From contig OX597825.1 of the NCBI GenBank assembly GCA_951406725.2, positions 66,402,001-66,466,000 on the forward strand: a DNA stretch of 64,000 bases. Reading direction: 5' to 3'. Position 1 is the first letter of the stretch; each line of letters opens with the position of its first letter. The DNA is from Octopus vulgaris (lineage: Eukaryota). The position numbers and the translations under genes are program-made. This document shows, in pieces, positions 27,701 through 40,706 of the stretch. The notes beneath the pieces were generated by a model, which had not been told where the DNA came from, did not search any database, and saw nothing but the letters and a program-made list of their open reading frames with translations.

Positions 27701-28389
27701 TCGTTTCGTCAGGTTAAAGGTACAGAATAGATTTTCCACACACATGACAGAATATTCAACATTTAATTCATGCCGGTCGATCAATCACATCAGAGTTTCT
27801 TTCTCTAGCTATTTGTTGAACCTAAATATCGATCTTCCGTCACAGCAAAAATCCAATACATGAAGAATAACCGGTCCACCTGTTGGTGGTTAAACCTCTT
27901 GGAATTAGATTCTATAACTCACGTGCCAAATACTTTTTTAGTCTTAAAATGGAAGCGACGAAAGTTACTTAAGAATGACACGTAATACAGACAAATAATC
28001 GAATTATTGAGACCATTGCTGAAAATAATTTTTTTATTTCAACTGTGCCGCAGACTTGGTTGGTAACAGTGTTTCTTAATATCTCTAATAATAAAATAGA
28101 GTGTGTGTGTGTGTGTTCGATTGGAAGAATCGTCTGAAGTGGTCTGGTTTATATTCTCTATCATGCATCGATTCACAAGAGAACATCACATCGGTTACCT
28201 GTTGCACTGATGATGAAACAGCTTGTTACAAACCCGCTATAAAAAATTTGTGTATCTAAGTTTGAGCCGTTGTTCTTCACTCTCCGGTTAAGGAACAAGA
28301 ACAAATTTTTTATCCAATGTGGCAAGTGACCTTAAAATTTTTTAATGACTTCTTTCCGTATATAAAATTGCCAAAACTGTTTCACACAG

Positions 28390-28868
28390 ATTAAGCTATC
28401 TCATCGCCAGCGTTGCATAGCTATCACGTTTATGACAAAGTTAAATTTTCCCGAATTAGCGAAATATGGTGTAAAACTTTATTGAAACATATATGTAATG
28501 AATGAATAAACAATTTTAGAATTAATGAAAGATTCGTTAGCTTGTTAAGTTCAGATTCTAGTTTGAGCTTAGATAACCACAAGGAAATTATTATATTATT
28601 CTGTGAAAAACATATCAAAACGAACCTGCCAGCATTTGCTGCTCCAATGGGACGGTTAGATTGCCTCCTTTGAAAGATGACATGCGTACAAATGCACGTT
28701 CCCGCGGATTTATCGATCGCATTCTCACTTGGAATCGATTTTTGTAATTTTTTCAAGACTTATACTCGCCCTGATACCGTTGGTATCTACATATCAAATT
28801 TGAGCGCAATCGGATGGAGGATGCCCGAGATCCTAGAAGACACACACACACACAGAACGGATTTTATA

Positions 28869-28872
<4 letters not shown>
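28390..28872 (-). mobile_element. Probable Helitron-type non-autonomous element (decayed)
   Basis: Minus strand begins TATATAAAATCC + GTGT microsatellite + CCGATTGCGCTCAAATTTG, a layout like the 18345 element; 3' hairpin degenerate. Confidence 0.35.
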
Positions 28873-28911
<39 letters not shown>

Positions 28912-30837
28912 GACGAGCTTCTACGCACTTTCCGTCGACCAAATTCCCTCGCTGAGCATTGGTGAACCCGGGGCCATAATAGAAGATATGCAAAGTGCCT
29001 TGCAGTGGGATTGAACCCGAAACAATATGGCTGAAAAGCAAGCTTCTTAATCGCAGTCATACTAGCTCAAATAAAAAGAATTAAACGAATAATTATATTT
29101 TAAAATTAATAATTATAAACTGTAATGAGCATCACATTTATTTAAACATGTTGTTTCTCTATAGTAATTTTAAATAAATAGAGAAATATGAGAATAAAAG
29201 TTATGTTAAGTAGACGCAAAATCACACCATTGAAATAAAAAGATAAGATTAACCAGGCAGCTGAGATGTCCAGTTTCCTTTCATTAAAATTTTTGCCTTG
29301 TAAATGAAATAATTGACTGCGTATCTACACAGTGATAAGCCTTCACCAGCCATGTTTGTGAAAATGTATTTATGTCCTTGGAAATTTTGTGCTGCTCCGT
29401 TTTCTTTAACGATTTCCGATTTGTAGTCGATATCGACTAAAGTGTAATACCAAACTCTCTGAATGCCGAGATTCCAAATTCCAACAATATTTCTTGTGTC
29501 TAATTTCTCTTTCGCAATCTGTAAGCATTAATAAAATCATTAAAATCTAATTTTAGATTATTATTTTACAATCAATCAAAGCAATTGGACAGAGAACATA
29601 TTTAGATTATAAAGTAGAATCGTCGAGAAATATTAAAATAAGCAACTTTCACGAAGTTGTTCTCGAATGGAAATGTAGCCGCAATTTTTCACAACACATT
29701 AGGTAACAAAAACCTTCGGAGGCCAAACCACAAGAAAAAAAAAAAAAGAAAAAGCTTACAGCCACCCACAAGACTTGAACTACGGATGTGTCGTATTCCG
29801 GTCAGTCTTAATTACATCATACGAAAACATACCTCCAACATTCAACCGTCCAAACTAGAAGCTTTGAACTTTCAACCGAGAAAATGAAATTTCTTTACAG
29901 TTAGATCTTAATTTTCAAGCATCGAAAAATCAGAAAATAGGCAGTTGAGAGGCGGAGAGATGCTTTGATGCAATAGTATGACGACTGTCCGAGAAACTGT
30001 AGGTTCGTAGTTCTAGTTCCGCAAGTGGCAGTCAGCTTTTTGTTTCTGTCCCAGAATATTTTTTAAAAACTCGTTGTATCGTGTGCTTTATTTATAGCTA
30101 CATTTGCTATCATAAAAAAACGTAAAATACACGTTTTAAATACACTGAATATATATAATAGATATGTGCAAGAATTGTAAGTACAACCAAATATTGACTT
30201 TTGAAATTCTCAATAAAACAACACTTGAATGCCTGCTCTCTTTAACCCTTTGAACGCGGGAAGCGTATATTTGCTCAAAGTATTATTATCGTTAATTGCG
30301 AAAAGCGGTTTTACCCACGACTTCGAAAAAAAACCAAAAAAAAAAAACTCCTTATGCTCACAAATCTTCAACATTCTAACAAAGCTTCAAGGCAGGACCT
30401 AAATGTCGGTTTATCGAATCAGTGGCTTTGCGCTTGCTGGTAGTGGATTTCTTGGTGGACAAGTCTATGAGAGACCTAACAAATAGCATAACATGGGGTT
30501 CAGCAACACTCATAGACCTTAACTTCACTATCGATCAGGAACTCTTTAGTACCATATCTATGATAATGTAAGGCAACCATCGATCTCAGCAACATCAGCT
30601 CAAAAGCTAGTCATCGGATTAGCAATAAAATTAAGAATAACTAATCCAGTAAGGGTGGAGGTCAGTCTCCGGAGATCGTAGATTCGTTCACGTGCCAGGA
30701 TAGTAACATCTCTACCAATGCTAATCGGAAAAGGATGTAGAGAAGAGACTCAGCAAGGATGCAATAAAGTCTAACCCCACTACCAATTAAGGCACCAAAT
30801 GCCGTTTGTATATATCGATCGTCATACCGACGGTGAA

Positions 30838-31143
30838 CTGTTTGTTCCTTCTCGAGCCATGCCTGGCTCACAAGGGCCGATTTCCCGGTTTCCTTGGTGT
30901 ATAGGTCCCCCACCTGGACGGGACGCCGATCCGTCGCAGGTTACCTGCAAGATGCAGGAGGAAAGAGTGAGAGAAAGTTGTGGCGAAGGAGTCAGCAGAA
31001 GTTCGCCATTACCTTCTGCTGGAGCCGCGTGGAGCTTAGGTGTATCGCTCATTAACACACACATCGCCCGGTCTGAGATTCGAACTCGCGATCCCTCGAC
31101 CGCGAGTCCACTGCTCTAACCACTAGGCTATGTGCCTCCACAT
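30838..31143 (-). mobile_element. tRNA-derived SINE, head-1/tail-X type, with 11-bp TSD; other copies 17490-17805-, 20958-21261-, 26795-27095+
   Basis: Head GGAGGCACATAGCCTAGTGGTTAGAGCAG.GGACTCGCGGTCG..GTTCGAATC; TSD CCGACGGTGAA (30827-30837 and 31144-31154). Confidence 0.88.
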
Positions 31144-31465
31144 CCGACGGTGAATTATGCCTGTGGAAAATGGAAGACAACTTGCAGAAGTTATAAAACT
31201 CCAGATGTCTTCCAACAGACATTGCCGTAGAATCAGAGTTAAAAATTTCTTGGCATGGCTACATCATTAATACAGAACAAGATAACCGTCCTTCGGATTA
31301 AGCACAAAGCCAACCTCCTAATTACTTTTAGACACGATGTTAATTCCAATACAGGTGCAAGACTTCAAATTTTAGGGGTCGCTGTATGGATTATAATTTA
31401 GTTCAGCATTTGACTTCTTGCTTTTTCTTTTAAATCAATCCTGAGACGGTAAAAAGTAAAAATGG

Positions 31466-31868
31466 GGATCTTTTCGGTTTGAACGGCAGTTTTTTCTAGC
31501 GGTGTCATATGAAATTGTCACCCATAATTATGACCCTAGTATCGTTCTATTGCATTTCAATCTGTTTTAGGGTTAGGGTTGGTTAGGGGGAAGGGTATCT
31601 TGTTTTCTTCACAAATGTAAATAAACCCAATCTGCTTCTTAAACGTGGGACATATTCATACGGCACAGAATGCTTTTTACTTCAATAGACGTCACTGATT
31701 GGTTGAAATTGCAAAAATTGAAAAAAAATCTTACAAACTATAGAATTTTCTCAATAAAGCCAAGAGAAAAAGATGTTTTATAAACACATTCTTCTAGTAT
31801 ACGAAGTTTAAAATTTTTTAGTTCCCAAGAATTTATGTTAAAAACTGCCGTTCAAACCGAAAAGATCC
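31466..31868 (+). mobile_element. MITE (GGATCTTTTCGGTTTGAACGGCAG TIRs), 8-bp TSD, internal TTAGGG repeats
   Basis: Perfect TIRs; TSD AAAAATGG on both sides; TTAGGGTTAGGG at ~31568. Confidence 0.88.
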
Positions 31869-32085
31869 AAAAATGGTTATGCAAATACAGTGTAGTGAAG
31901 CACCAAAAGGAATTCTGTAAACTATTTAGAGCCGTTCTCTAGCTTCTTGGTTTTTAAATTTTATTATACATTTTATGTTTTTATTGAGACCTACAGGTTT
32001 GTTATGACTCATTAAAAAATTCCTGCGCGTATCGGTACGTTTCAGGGCAAAATCTTGGGGAGATGAAACGGAAATCTAAGAATAT

Positions 32086-32143
<58 letters not shown>

Positions 32144-32699
32144 GTTTGAAAATAGATAGCCCAAAGTGTCAGTTCATCAATAATAGATTACAGAACGAAG
32201 TGAAATCGGTAATATTTTACTATTCTTTTCTACTCTAGGCACAAGGCCCGAAATTTTTGAGGAAGGGGCCACTCGATTAGATCAACCCCAGTACGCAACT
32301 GGCACTTAATTTATCGACTCAGAAAAGATGAAAGGCAAAGTCGACCTCGGCGGAATTTGAACTCAGAACGTGGTAATATTTTACTATTGCACTCATTTCC
32401 AAACTGTTCGACAGACTTTCGGAATTGCTACTACTACCTCATAGGAAAGAAGAGGGCAAGGAATTGGATGTTTTTTTTGCTATGTGAAAATTCTTTATAA
32501 AAAAAAAAAAAAAAATTATTTACATCACCCACTCCATCCATGTTCTTTTCTTGTAAATTTTTGAGATGTATATAATCAATTTTTAGAGTCGTTCTCTATT
32601 TAATTAACTTCCATTTGAGTAGAACTAGAGTAACTGAAGAAATTAGGATGCTGTGATTTTCATGGATTCTATAGAGCTTTCAAAACTTACATAGTTTAA

Positions 32700-33109
32700 C
32701 CTTTTGACAAAATGTTTTCATCGTTGACTACGGAGAGCGGTTTTACCCAAAGACTTTGAAAAGAGCCACTCCTTTTGCTACGAGAAGCGGAGACATTCCT
32801 AATGACATTCTTATTGAAGATAATTTTTCAGACTTCAACTTTTACATTTATTTCTTGAGATATCTCTTTACAGAGCAAGAATCAAATACTTTTAGTGGTG
32901 GATATGAAACCTGCAAAAATTATCGCAAAAGTAGAAAATATCAATTTTAGTTTTATATTTTTTTGGTGGATAATTAGGCGAAGGTAAAGAATACACACAC
33001 CACCCGTTTTCGAGGGTTACGCCGAAAACGGGTGGTGTGCGTATTCTTTACTGCCTATAATTGACATTACCGCGAATGAATATGAAATTTAATTCATGTA
33101 GTCAAAAGG
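32700..33109. mobile_element. piggyBac-type MITE with TTAA TSD
   Basis: TTAA|CCTTTTGAC ... GTCAAAAGG|TTAA; internal ~29-bp stem-loop at ~32984-33050. Confidence 0.75.
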
Positions 33110-33537
33110 TTAAACGAATAGATTAGAAGTTTCTACTCTACAGCACTCACCGTTATTTTTAGGTACAAATGGCAACCCTGTCAACTACAGAAGTTGTACA
33201 AAAGATGCAATCCAGTATTTCATGTGTATTTTTTGCAAAACAGAATTTTTGTTGAAGAATTATGAAGACATTAAGCAACAAGTCCGGGAGAAAATCCCAC
33301 CACCATTTAAGAGCAAAGTAGCTACTAGGTAGAGGGAGATATATCTTCAAGGAAACGAAAACAGGGAATGAAATAATTTCAGTGCAACCATTACCTCAAT
33401 TAACGAGTTTATAAAACCTTTACTCTGAGTGAAATAAATAACCCTGTATACATACTATACTATCAGATGAGAAAGCCTCTAAATTTTTTCAATCTTTTAA
33501 AATAAGACACAAGCAATATTACCTTAGATGTTTGGAA

Positions 33538-33768
33538 GGCGGCGAGCTGGCAGAACCGTTAGCACGCCGGGCGAAATGCGTAGCCGTATTTCGTCTGCCG
33601 CTACGTTCTAAGTTCAAATTCCGCCGAGGTCGACTTTGCCTTTCATCCTTACGGGGTCGATAAACTGAGTACCAGCTACGCACTGGGGTTGATGTAATCG
33701 ACTTAATCCGTATGTCTGTCCTTGTTTGTCCCTTCTATGTTTAGTCCCTTGTGGGTAATAAAGAAACA
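33538..33768 (+). mobile_element. tRNA-derived SINE family B (GGCGGCGAGCTGGCAG head, GCCTTTCATCCTTTCGGGGTCGATAAA central block), full-length copy with 23-bp TSD
   Basis: TSD AATATTACCTTAGATGTTTGGAA at 33515-33537 and 33769-33791; B box GAGTTCAAATTCC. Other copies at 4450-4780, 5520-5930, 25690-25905, 26170-26620, 27110-27300, 32225-32370, 43690-44365, 47670-47900, 48880-49440, 50277-50670, 52580-53000, 54150-54450, 60600-60820. Confidence 0.9.
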
Positions 33769-34041
33769 AATATTACCTTAGATGTTTGGAACGACAGTAT
33801 GATTATAATCAGAATGCTTTTATTTGTCGGCTTTTCGTATTCTTTACGTTCTCAGTTCAAATGCCGGTGAAGTTGACTTTGCCTTTCATTCTTTCGGGGG
33901 TGAATAAATGTCAGTTGAGCACTGGGTCGATGCAATCGACTTCGCCTCCCCTCAAAATTTTTGACAAATCGACTAGTGCTGATTTGGGATCCAAAACCAA
34001 TATATCAGTGAAAATGTAGTTTCGTACCTCATTTCGCTTAC

Positions 34042-34333
34042 TTTCAAAATCTGACAATTTAAAATCTGCAGCATCCTAGACAAAGACCTCCTCTCATCGA
34101 GGGCAAGTAAACCACTGACCCCCCAAAGCTTAATTATTTGGAGGATAAGCATAATCGATATTACTGGCCCCCTAAATATATGACTGGTGCGAGAAGTCCG
34201 ATCTGCATCGATAAAATCAAAGGGTTTAGCAAAAGACAGCTCCATGAAATGCTGTACGCCGCTATATAGTTCAAATCTGTTCGAAGTCAATTGTTTTTCA
34301 TCGATTTCGAAGTCGATAAAAACAATTATTATA
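34042..34333 (-). CDS. Possible downstream exon of the uncharacterised gene
   Basis: Open frame ..FIDFEIDEKQLTSNRFELYSGVQHFMELSFAKPFDF..CQILK bounded by acceptor TTCTCTATATTAG| (34334) and donor AAA|GTAAGC (34041). The phase does not match the 34874 donor: direct splicing would give YNNCFYRLRNR-stop, so the structure is unresolved. Confidence 0.3.
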
Positions 34334-34412
34334 CTAATATAGAGAATAATACATTGGTGTCTAATAATATATACTAGTCCCCATTCGTTTTGCCTGTCTG
34401 GTAAAGAAAATT

Positions 34413-34838
34413 GGATCTTTTCGGTTTGAACGGCAGTTTTTAACATAATTTCTAGGTAACTAAAAAAATTTAAACTTCGTATGCTGGTAGAATGTGTTTA
34501 TAAAATATCTTTTTCTCTTGGCTTTATTGAGATAATTGTATAGTTTGTAAGATATTTGTTGTTTTTTTTCTTCAATTTTTGCAATTTCAACCAATCAGTG
34601 ACGTCTATTGAGGCAAAAACATTCTGTGCCGTATGCAATATGTCCCTCGTTTAAGAAACAGATTGGGTTTATTTACATTTGTGAAGAAAAAAAGATACCC
34701 TTCCCCCACCCCTAACCCAAACCAACCCTAACCCTAAAACAGATTGAAATGCAATAGAACGATACTAGAGTCATAATTATGGGTGACAATTTCATATGAT
34801 ACCGCTAGAAAAAACTGCCGTTCAAACCGAAAAAATCC
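34413..34838 (-). mobile_element. Second copy of the same MITE, inverted relative to 31466-31868
   Basis: Same TIRs and interior in reverse complement; TSD AGAAAATT/AGAAGATT. Confidence 0.88.
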
Positions 34839-34874
34839 AGAAGATTATGAAATATTCAAGATGAATTGACTTAC

Positions 34875-36592
34875 ATTTATAACTGTAGATAATGTGATAT
34901 TATCATGCGAGTATAATTTCACCGTCCGATTCCATATATCGGTTGTTACACAATGAAGATCGTTGCTGTATCCACTGTAGAAAATGATAACTTCCTCACT
35001 CGGTTTTAGTAGATAATTGCATCCAATTGCGATTCGAGATGCAGATTTAACTCCGATGGTTTCAGCTATTTCAGCTGAAGTACGAATTAACTCGTTGCTG
35101 ACTGATCGATATCTAGGGAGAACATCAGAAATGGAAATCTTAAATTTCCCAATTTGTAACATTTTAGCATTATCCTGACGCTCAACACTAGTTTTCGTAT
35201 CAAGTTGCTGACGTTCAAGCGGGATATGCAAACCCTTTTCAAGTACTGTATCCTTGTTCGCAGATAGAATTTGGTTGAGACTCGTGACAGGAACTGTATT
35301 AATAATCGATTCTTCGCATATTCCATCAAAATTCTCCTTTGTCAGAATTTTAATACAATGCGGAGATCTTTGATCAAGATAATGTATAGTTTTAGAGGGA
35401 CCTTTTTTCAAACAAGATTTAACTCGCTTCGATTGACACCCTTCAATGCTCGTATTTTCATTTGTTCCATGAGCAACATCCTTTTTATCAAATTCTTGGA
35501 AACGTAGATTTTGGTTACTATTAGACAATGTTGTATTCTTATTCAGGTTTTGAGTTAATCCGAGCGCACCCATTAAACCGATTTCTGGATTCGGACAAAT
35601 ATCTGTCAATGGATTATCAGATCTAATTTCAACATTATTACAATGCATGTCTTTTGGATTATTTGCTTTTCTGCTTTTGGTTTCTTCGCAGAATTGATCA
35701 AAACCTGACCACGACAAAGGTGTTTTTCTCAGTGGTTCATTATACACGTGAGTCCATGTCAGTATTTCTTCATTTAAATTTTCCTCGAATCTCACTCGTT
35801 TTTCGACTTTTTTTAGCGCCGATTGTACAGGTATTATATTGATAGCAGGATAGTCTACATTTGTAACCGAGCATGGCTTTGCAACAGCCTCACGTTCAGT
35901 CGGGAGATAAAACGGGGTTTGTGTAAAACGATCTCTCGTCCAGAAACATGTTTGGGTTGAAGCGTTTTGTGTTTTGATTTTTGGTGCATACACGATGGAA
36001 AACGAAGATGCTTCTGTTTGTGTTTCAGATTCGCGGATATTAGAAGTTCCTGATTTTCTTCGTTCTTTTTGGTAAGAAATTATTTTTGTATTTTCACCCG
36101 AACAAGGAACAGGTGAACGGTAATATACCGAGCACATTTTGGAAGATAACTCTTGGTTAAGATTCGATGTTTTATAAGACTTACCTGGAAAGGAACCTAC
36201 CATTCGCCCTTCATAATATTGCGGCCGTCGATGTTCAGATATCGGTTCGCAATCACTTCCAGAAGAACGTTCTAGTAAACTCATTTTATTGCTTGAAGCA
36301 TACCGACGTTTTGCCGAAATTGGTTTGGTCTCAGTTGGATTTTTAACACCAGACAAATTAGTCTGCGAGTCTTTGTCAGGAGATTCAGTTATAATATTCT
36401 TTTTAGAATCAACTTGAGATTTATCTCTAGTATTTTCATTTGTTTGTCCCCGTGGTGAGTTCATTTTTACGGATTCGTCTTGCAAACAGTTTTTGCTGGG
36501 AGCAGTCTTAGGTGTTGACTCGATACGAGATGAAATATGATGCACTGAAGTTAATGTCTTCACACACAAAACAATTAGCTGTAGATTCGTAA
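34875..36592 (-). CDS. Uncharacterised protein, large exon (open frame 36620-34845); disordered Ser/Thr/Lys-rich region with TQT and RVxF motifs and a hydrophobic C-terminal segment
   Basis: 591 stop-free codons in AT-rich DNA without repeat character; strong acceptor CTAAT..TTTCGCTTCACAG| at 36593, donor AAT|GTAAGT at 34874; first in-frame ATG at 36464 (AAAAATG). Family not recognised. Confidence 0.75.
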
Positions 36593-37559
36593 CTGTGAAG
36601 CGAAACGAAATTAGTTTCAACTAAAATACATGAGGTCTGTGAATTTATGTTAGGCCTCTGCAGTTTTCCTATTTTTGAAGGAAGGCTTTTTGGAAATAGC
36701 CGCCATCCTCAAATTGGGGTTTGAATTAACACGTTTTAAGTAATTTGAAATTAATGTAAACATTAGATTATTTTTAAATCATTCGAGTTCCACTTTTCAA
36801 TAACAAAAAACTGGAATACATTTCCTAACACGCAAGTTTATGTAATAATTATATAAGTGGTAAATGTGAAACAAAGCAAACTTAATTGAAAATTCTCTTA
36901 CAAGAGTTGATAAATGATGTGATGCAAGTAAATTATTAGTGAACAAAATTTAAAAAAAAGACTAGTCCTATATAAGGAAGTTATGAAAATATTAATTCAA
37001 CACTGAATATCTGAAAACGAGGCTGCTTCATTTCGCTTTCACAAATTCGATCCGTCATAAAACAATTCTACCTTCGGTCACTGAGAACCATTGAAAAATG
37101 AGTACATCAGTATTGATGCAAAATTTTGTGAAGATCCTTTTTTGTTTACAAAAGCTTTGCATGTTACGTATTATTAACTATTAAAATATAGTTTAGCAGC
37201 TATTGTTAAGGTTTCAATTCACAGTGATTGCATCTACGTCGCTAGCAAACACGTTTATAAAACGGGCAAATAAAGTTAATTTTTTTCGCTCCTTTTTTTA
37301 TTGTGAGACATTTTTGTCTATAAAAACCTACGTGACAAATTAATTTGATACAGAAGTATACTGCATAGAAGTTAACAACACAAACCAGCTTCCATTTTAC
37401 CTCGAAACCACTTTGCAAGAATGAAGAGAAATCTCAACTTCTTATATATGACACTCTACCTAATTAATAAGTTGTCATTTATTATTGTGTGGGTAAATTT
37501 TCGCAACAATAATGACCTCAGAATTCAATTTTGTTTCCTGCTAATGTGAAAGGTTTTCT

Positions 37560-37960
37560 TTATTAAACCAAAATGGTTTACATAGAGGGGACATCACAAG
37601 GACAGACAAGGACATTTAGGGGATAGACATTCTTAAAAATATGAGGAAACGGATGTATTTACACTAAAATTAACGGATGGAGTTTTTAAATTATGTATGA
37701 TGGGTGGGTTTCCGGATTAATGAGTTAACCCGCCGACTGATTATCCCTTTTATTAGACGTTTCCTTCCTTTTATGCTTGGATCGGCCGTGCAAGCACGGC
37801 TCCTTGCATTCTCATCTTTCTTACGACTTCCGACCATTTTTTTCTCAAATACTCTTTGCAGCAGGTTCTTCCTCTCCAGACGGATCTTGCTGGCAAGATG
37901 GGCGGCGAAGTAGTTCACCAGCCCTCGTCCGGAGATGAATTCCTGCCAATGTGAAAAGAC
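37560..37960 (-). mobile_element. Tx1/L1-type LINE 3'-end fragment
   Basis: Frame GEGLVNYFAAHLASKIRLERK resembles the C-terminal end of the Tx1-like ORF2 at 23.0-23.3 kb; A-rich end on the minus strand near 37560. Confidence 0.45.
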
Positions 37961-40706
37961 TGAAGGATTACACTTTTCTATAATATCTTCAAGAAAACAA
38001 GGAAGCCTTTACGTAGTCTTTTGGCCTGCGAGAAATAGCAGCAATACCCCCACCCCTCAAATAATCACACCATGCAGTCTAAAAAGGTAGGAACATTAGG
38101 TAATGTAGTTTTTGATGCCTGAAAAAATGGGACGGTCAAAGCTAGGACGTTTTTGATCTCAGGTCGACCAATATTACTTGAATTTAAGCAACGAGATTTT
38201 TAATTCATTTAAATGTTTCGGGTTAATTTTATGCATGTATAAAATTGAATGACTACAATATAGCTTTAGAATCGTGAACCTGAACGAAACGATTTTGGTC
38301 CTCCTAGCGGATGGGGCCGTTAGCATCGCTTTCATATTATCATTTTTTCATTTAAAAATTCATTCTCCATACTATTAATTATAATGTTCTATGTCCCCAA
38401 TGTTTTGTAATGTCCCTTCTGCATCGCCCCTTGTGGGTAATAAAAAATCAGAAACGATTTTGGTCCTCGTAACTGCGGTATTTCATGTTCGAATCTTATA
38501 CAAGATTTTATGTTACTTTCTTTTTCAGCCATATTTCTGTTTTAGATTGAATAAACAGGAAATATGATATTACCAGTATTAAATATAAAAAACAACGCTA
38601 GCTATAATAATGATTTCTGATATAAACATACCGCATCACATCTTGGATAGGTTATTGTTAAGCTAGACATTAGTTCCTGAATGGTACTTTATTAATCTCA
38701 GAAAGATGAAAGGCAAAGAAGGCCTCGTCAGAATTTCAAGACAAACCTTAGAAGTCAACGATTAAGACATTGTCCGTCGCTCTGCTCTATAATTAAGCAG
38801 TACAAATTAAAATGTGTTTGCACTAAAGAACCATGAATCCTATAAATGACTGCATTATGGGAATATCACGAAAGCTTATTTAAGTAATATGTCTCAAAAT
38901 TGATCTAGCACAGTCAGGGTCTTTTATATGCAAGTATACCAAAAGTTTTAGCCTACGGAAGTAACAGTGAAGAGATACGAAATTTAGTTATTTTTCTCGA
39001 CATGCCATAACTCGGCAATCGATGTTCTATTGGAAAGTTCTCCTCCTCATTGAAATATTTTTCTTATTATTATTGCTTTATTTAAAATTGCTAAACTCAT
39101 AACAATCACTATCGTAAACTTTATCTGATTTTTTACATTTCTTTGCTCGATGGTAATTTTTCAGAGATTGGACCAAAGAATCTAATTTTAATTTCCATTT
39201 GGTTAAAATTTCTGTAACAACAAGGCAACAGGATATCCTCAATGTGATAGCTTCTCCTTTGGTGTATAATAAAAAAAGGCATGTAGGTGGACCGTAGATT
39301 TTAAAAATATAATTTAAGGGTTGCAAAGCCTCATTTCGGTTTAAATAAAAGTGTAGAAACATTCTTCATTTTAGCTACTGATGTAGAGAAAAATAGCATA
39401 GATAGTATAAGTTTACATCCTTATTTAGTCCAAACAATGTTTTGCAGTGTTTAAACGATTTTAGTTTCCCTGAGTCACGATGTGTTGTGTATTAAATATA
39501 GATTTGTGTAATTTAAGGCTTCAGAAAATATATCCATACTCAGTACAGGCACAACACCGACTTCAAGAAAACTGATGGTCCGAAACCTCTTATTTACGAG
39601 CAGGAACTTCAAATTCCCGCAGCCGCCAGACTAGTTTCTTTCACAGTACAGAATTAATTAACTTGTATCATTTATATCCAGGGATGGTGGTGATCCCTGC
39701 TGTACTCTTTCATCACAACTTTCTCTTACTTCCTGTTTCTGTTGTACCTGTGTTTCAAAGGGCCGGTCCTGTCACTCTCTGTGTCACGCTGAATTTCCCC
39801 GAGAACTGCGTTAAGGGTACACGTGTCTGTGGAGTGCTCAGCCACTTACACGTTAATTTCACGAGCAGGCTGTTCCGTTGATCGGATCAACTGGAACCCT
39901 CGTCGTCGTAACCGACGGAGTGCTTCCATCCATCATTTATATCAATGTACAAACACATGTCTTTCATTTAATTATTTTATTAAATTTAGTACAATACTAA
40001 TATTTGTTTGATTTAGAGCGTTGAGCAAAGTGTGACCAACTTGGGCTCGAAAAAATTAGTCGTCGATGGTCGCGAAAAATGTGTTTTTCAAACTTTTGTT
40101 ATACAGAAATACTGTTAATAAAGCAAGGTAGACAACAATTATATATTTTTTTCTAAACGTTTAGCTTTAAATAAGTGACCAGCAACTGGTCGTGTGCTGG
40201 AACGAAAACAATTGCAGTGTGGAAGGTGTTTATAAGCCATTTAAGAAACACACAAAAAACCGTTAGATTTACTTCAACATTTAAATTTAATTTGCCAAAA
40301 TATTTTCGTCGCTTTGAGACCGCGACCTGTCCACTGACATTGTGATCCTTTGATTTATCCTATTTACTAAAGCGAAAAGTCCTGTTATTGATTTTTTTCA
40401 TTTCAGCTGATACGTTACTTGGGTTCTGGTGTACCTCGGTGAGTTGGTGACCCATTGACCTTGTATAAATTTTTAATTGCATAATATAAATTGTACCTAC
40501 ATACAAACACTGATGATGTGTTGAAATAGCTGGAGTGTATTGAAGTGAACATAGTAAATATTTCCTACAGATAAACGATGAGATAAAAATACAATGTCGA
40601 AGCTAACTGGTAGGATTCGAACACGGCTATTGATCTAATCACCGACATTAATTATTGCTAAGCGCGCTTATTATATGTGCCATCCTTACAGAATGGATAA
40701 AGATAT

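Noticed and set aside
31565-31592. TTAGGG repeats as an interstitial telomere
   Set aside because: Only 2-3 units, and internal to a MITE present twice in the window.
36650-36706. ATGGCGGC-started mini-ORF (MAAISKKPSFKNRKTAEA*) as the first exon of the orphan gene
   Set aside because: It stops before any GT donor and cannot be joined to the 36592 acceptor; the motif might still be a YY1-like promoter element.
37691-37918. Overlapping 75-aa and 69-aa ORFs as small genes
   Set aside because: They look like a LINE ORF2 C-terminal remnant and its antisense frame.
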